DNA of 40,000 bases, taken from Prevotella phage Lak-B8. The stretch lies in sequence record MK250027.1. One strand, written 5' to 3'. The position numbers and the translations under genes are program-made. The notes under the pieces are model-generated. The model worked only from the letters and a program-made list of their open reading frames with translations, did no database searches and was not told where the DNA came from. Below, piece by piece: positions 39,946 through 40,000 of this stretch. Numbering within the stretch: the stretch's first letter is position 1; every line of letters begins with the position of its first letter.

Positions 39946-40000
39946 AATTAATTATTATTTTAATAATATTCAGAGACTTCATGTTCTGCATTATCATACC

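Noticed and set aside
1-40000. CRISPR array, rRNA or tRNA genes
   Set aside because: No regularly spaced repeats and no rRNA or tRNA-like cloverleaf recognised by eye. A suppressor tRNA is expected but not seen in this window; tRNAscan-SE/ARAGORN would be needed to exclude one.

Overview
This AT-rich window looks like part of a large tailed bacteriophage genome (or prophage) infecting a Bacteroidota-like host, and it uses an alternative genetic code in which TAG is sense, most plausibly glutamine (code 15, as in Lak and some crAss-like phages). The supplied standard-code ORF track therefore breaks many real genes at in-frame TAGs. Reading through TAG, with TAA and TGA as stops, restores long ORFs with recognisable family motifs. 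Most genes are on the minus strand. I support: a family B DNA polymerase in at least three pieces (3'-5' exonuclease at the window start; motif B/C piece plus N-intein; C-intein plus thumb piece); a UvsX/RecA-like recombinase in two pieces; an apparent split intein in each broken gene, with free-standing endonuclease-like ORFs between the halves; a contiguous LAGLIDADG-type intein in a nucleotidyltransferase; an IS607-like tnpA/tnpB element whose own genes are full of in-frame TAG; a gp32-like SSB; a thymidylate-kinase-like protein; a fused DHFR-TS; a ClpP-like protease; an HD-domain protein; a thioredoxin-like protein; tail/baseplate-like proteins, one a 743-aa protein with about 18 in-frame TAGs; lipoproteins including a fimbrillin-like one; a candidate +1 programmed frameshift (TTT-TAA) joining two tail-region ORFs; several intrinsic terminators; and unexplained structured or repeated intergenic regions at 21.3, 34.3-34.9, 37.9 and 38.4 kb. 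The strongest observations are the two independent split-intein 'fractured' replication genes in a recoded phage, the recoded IS607 element and the candidate frameshift. All calls come from reading the sequence by eye; no database search or folding program was run.
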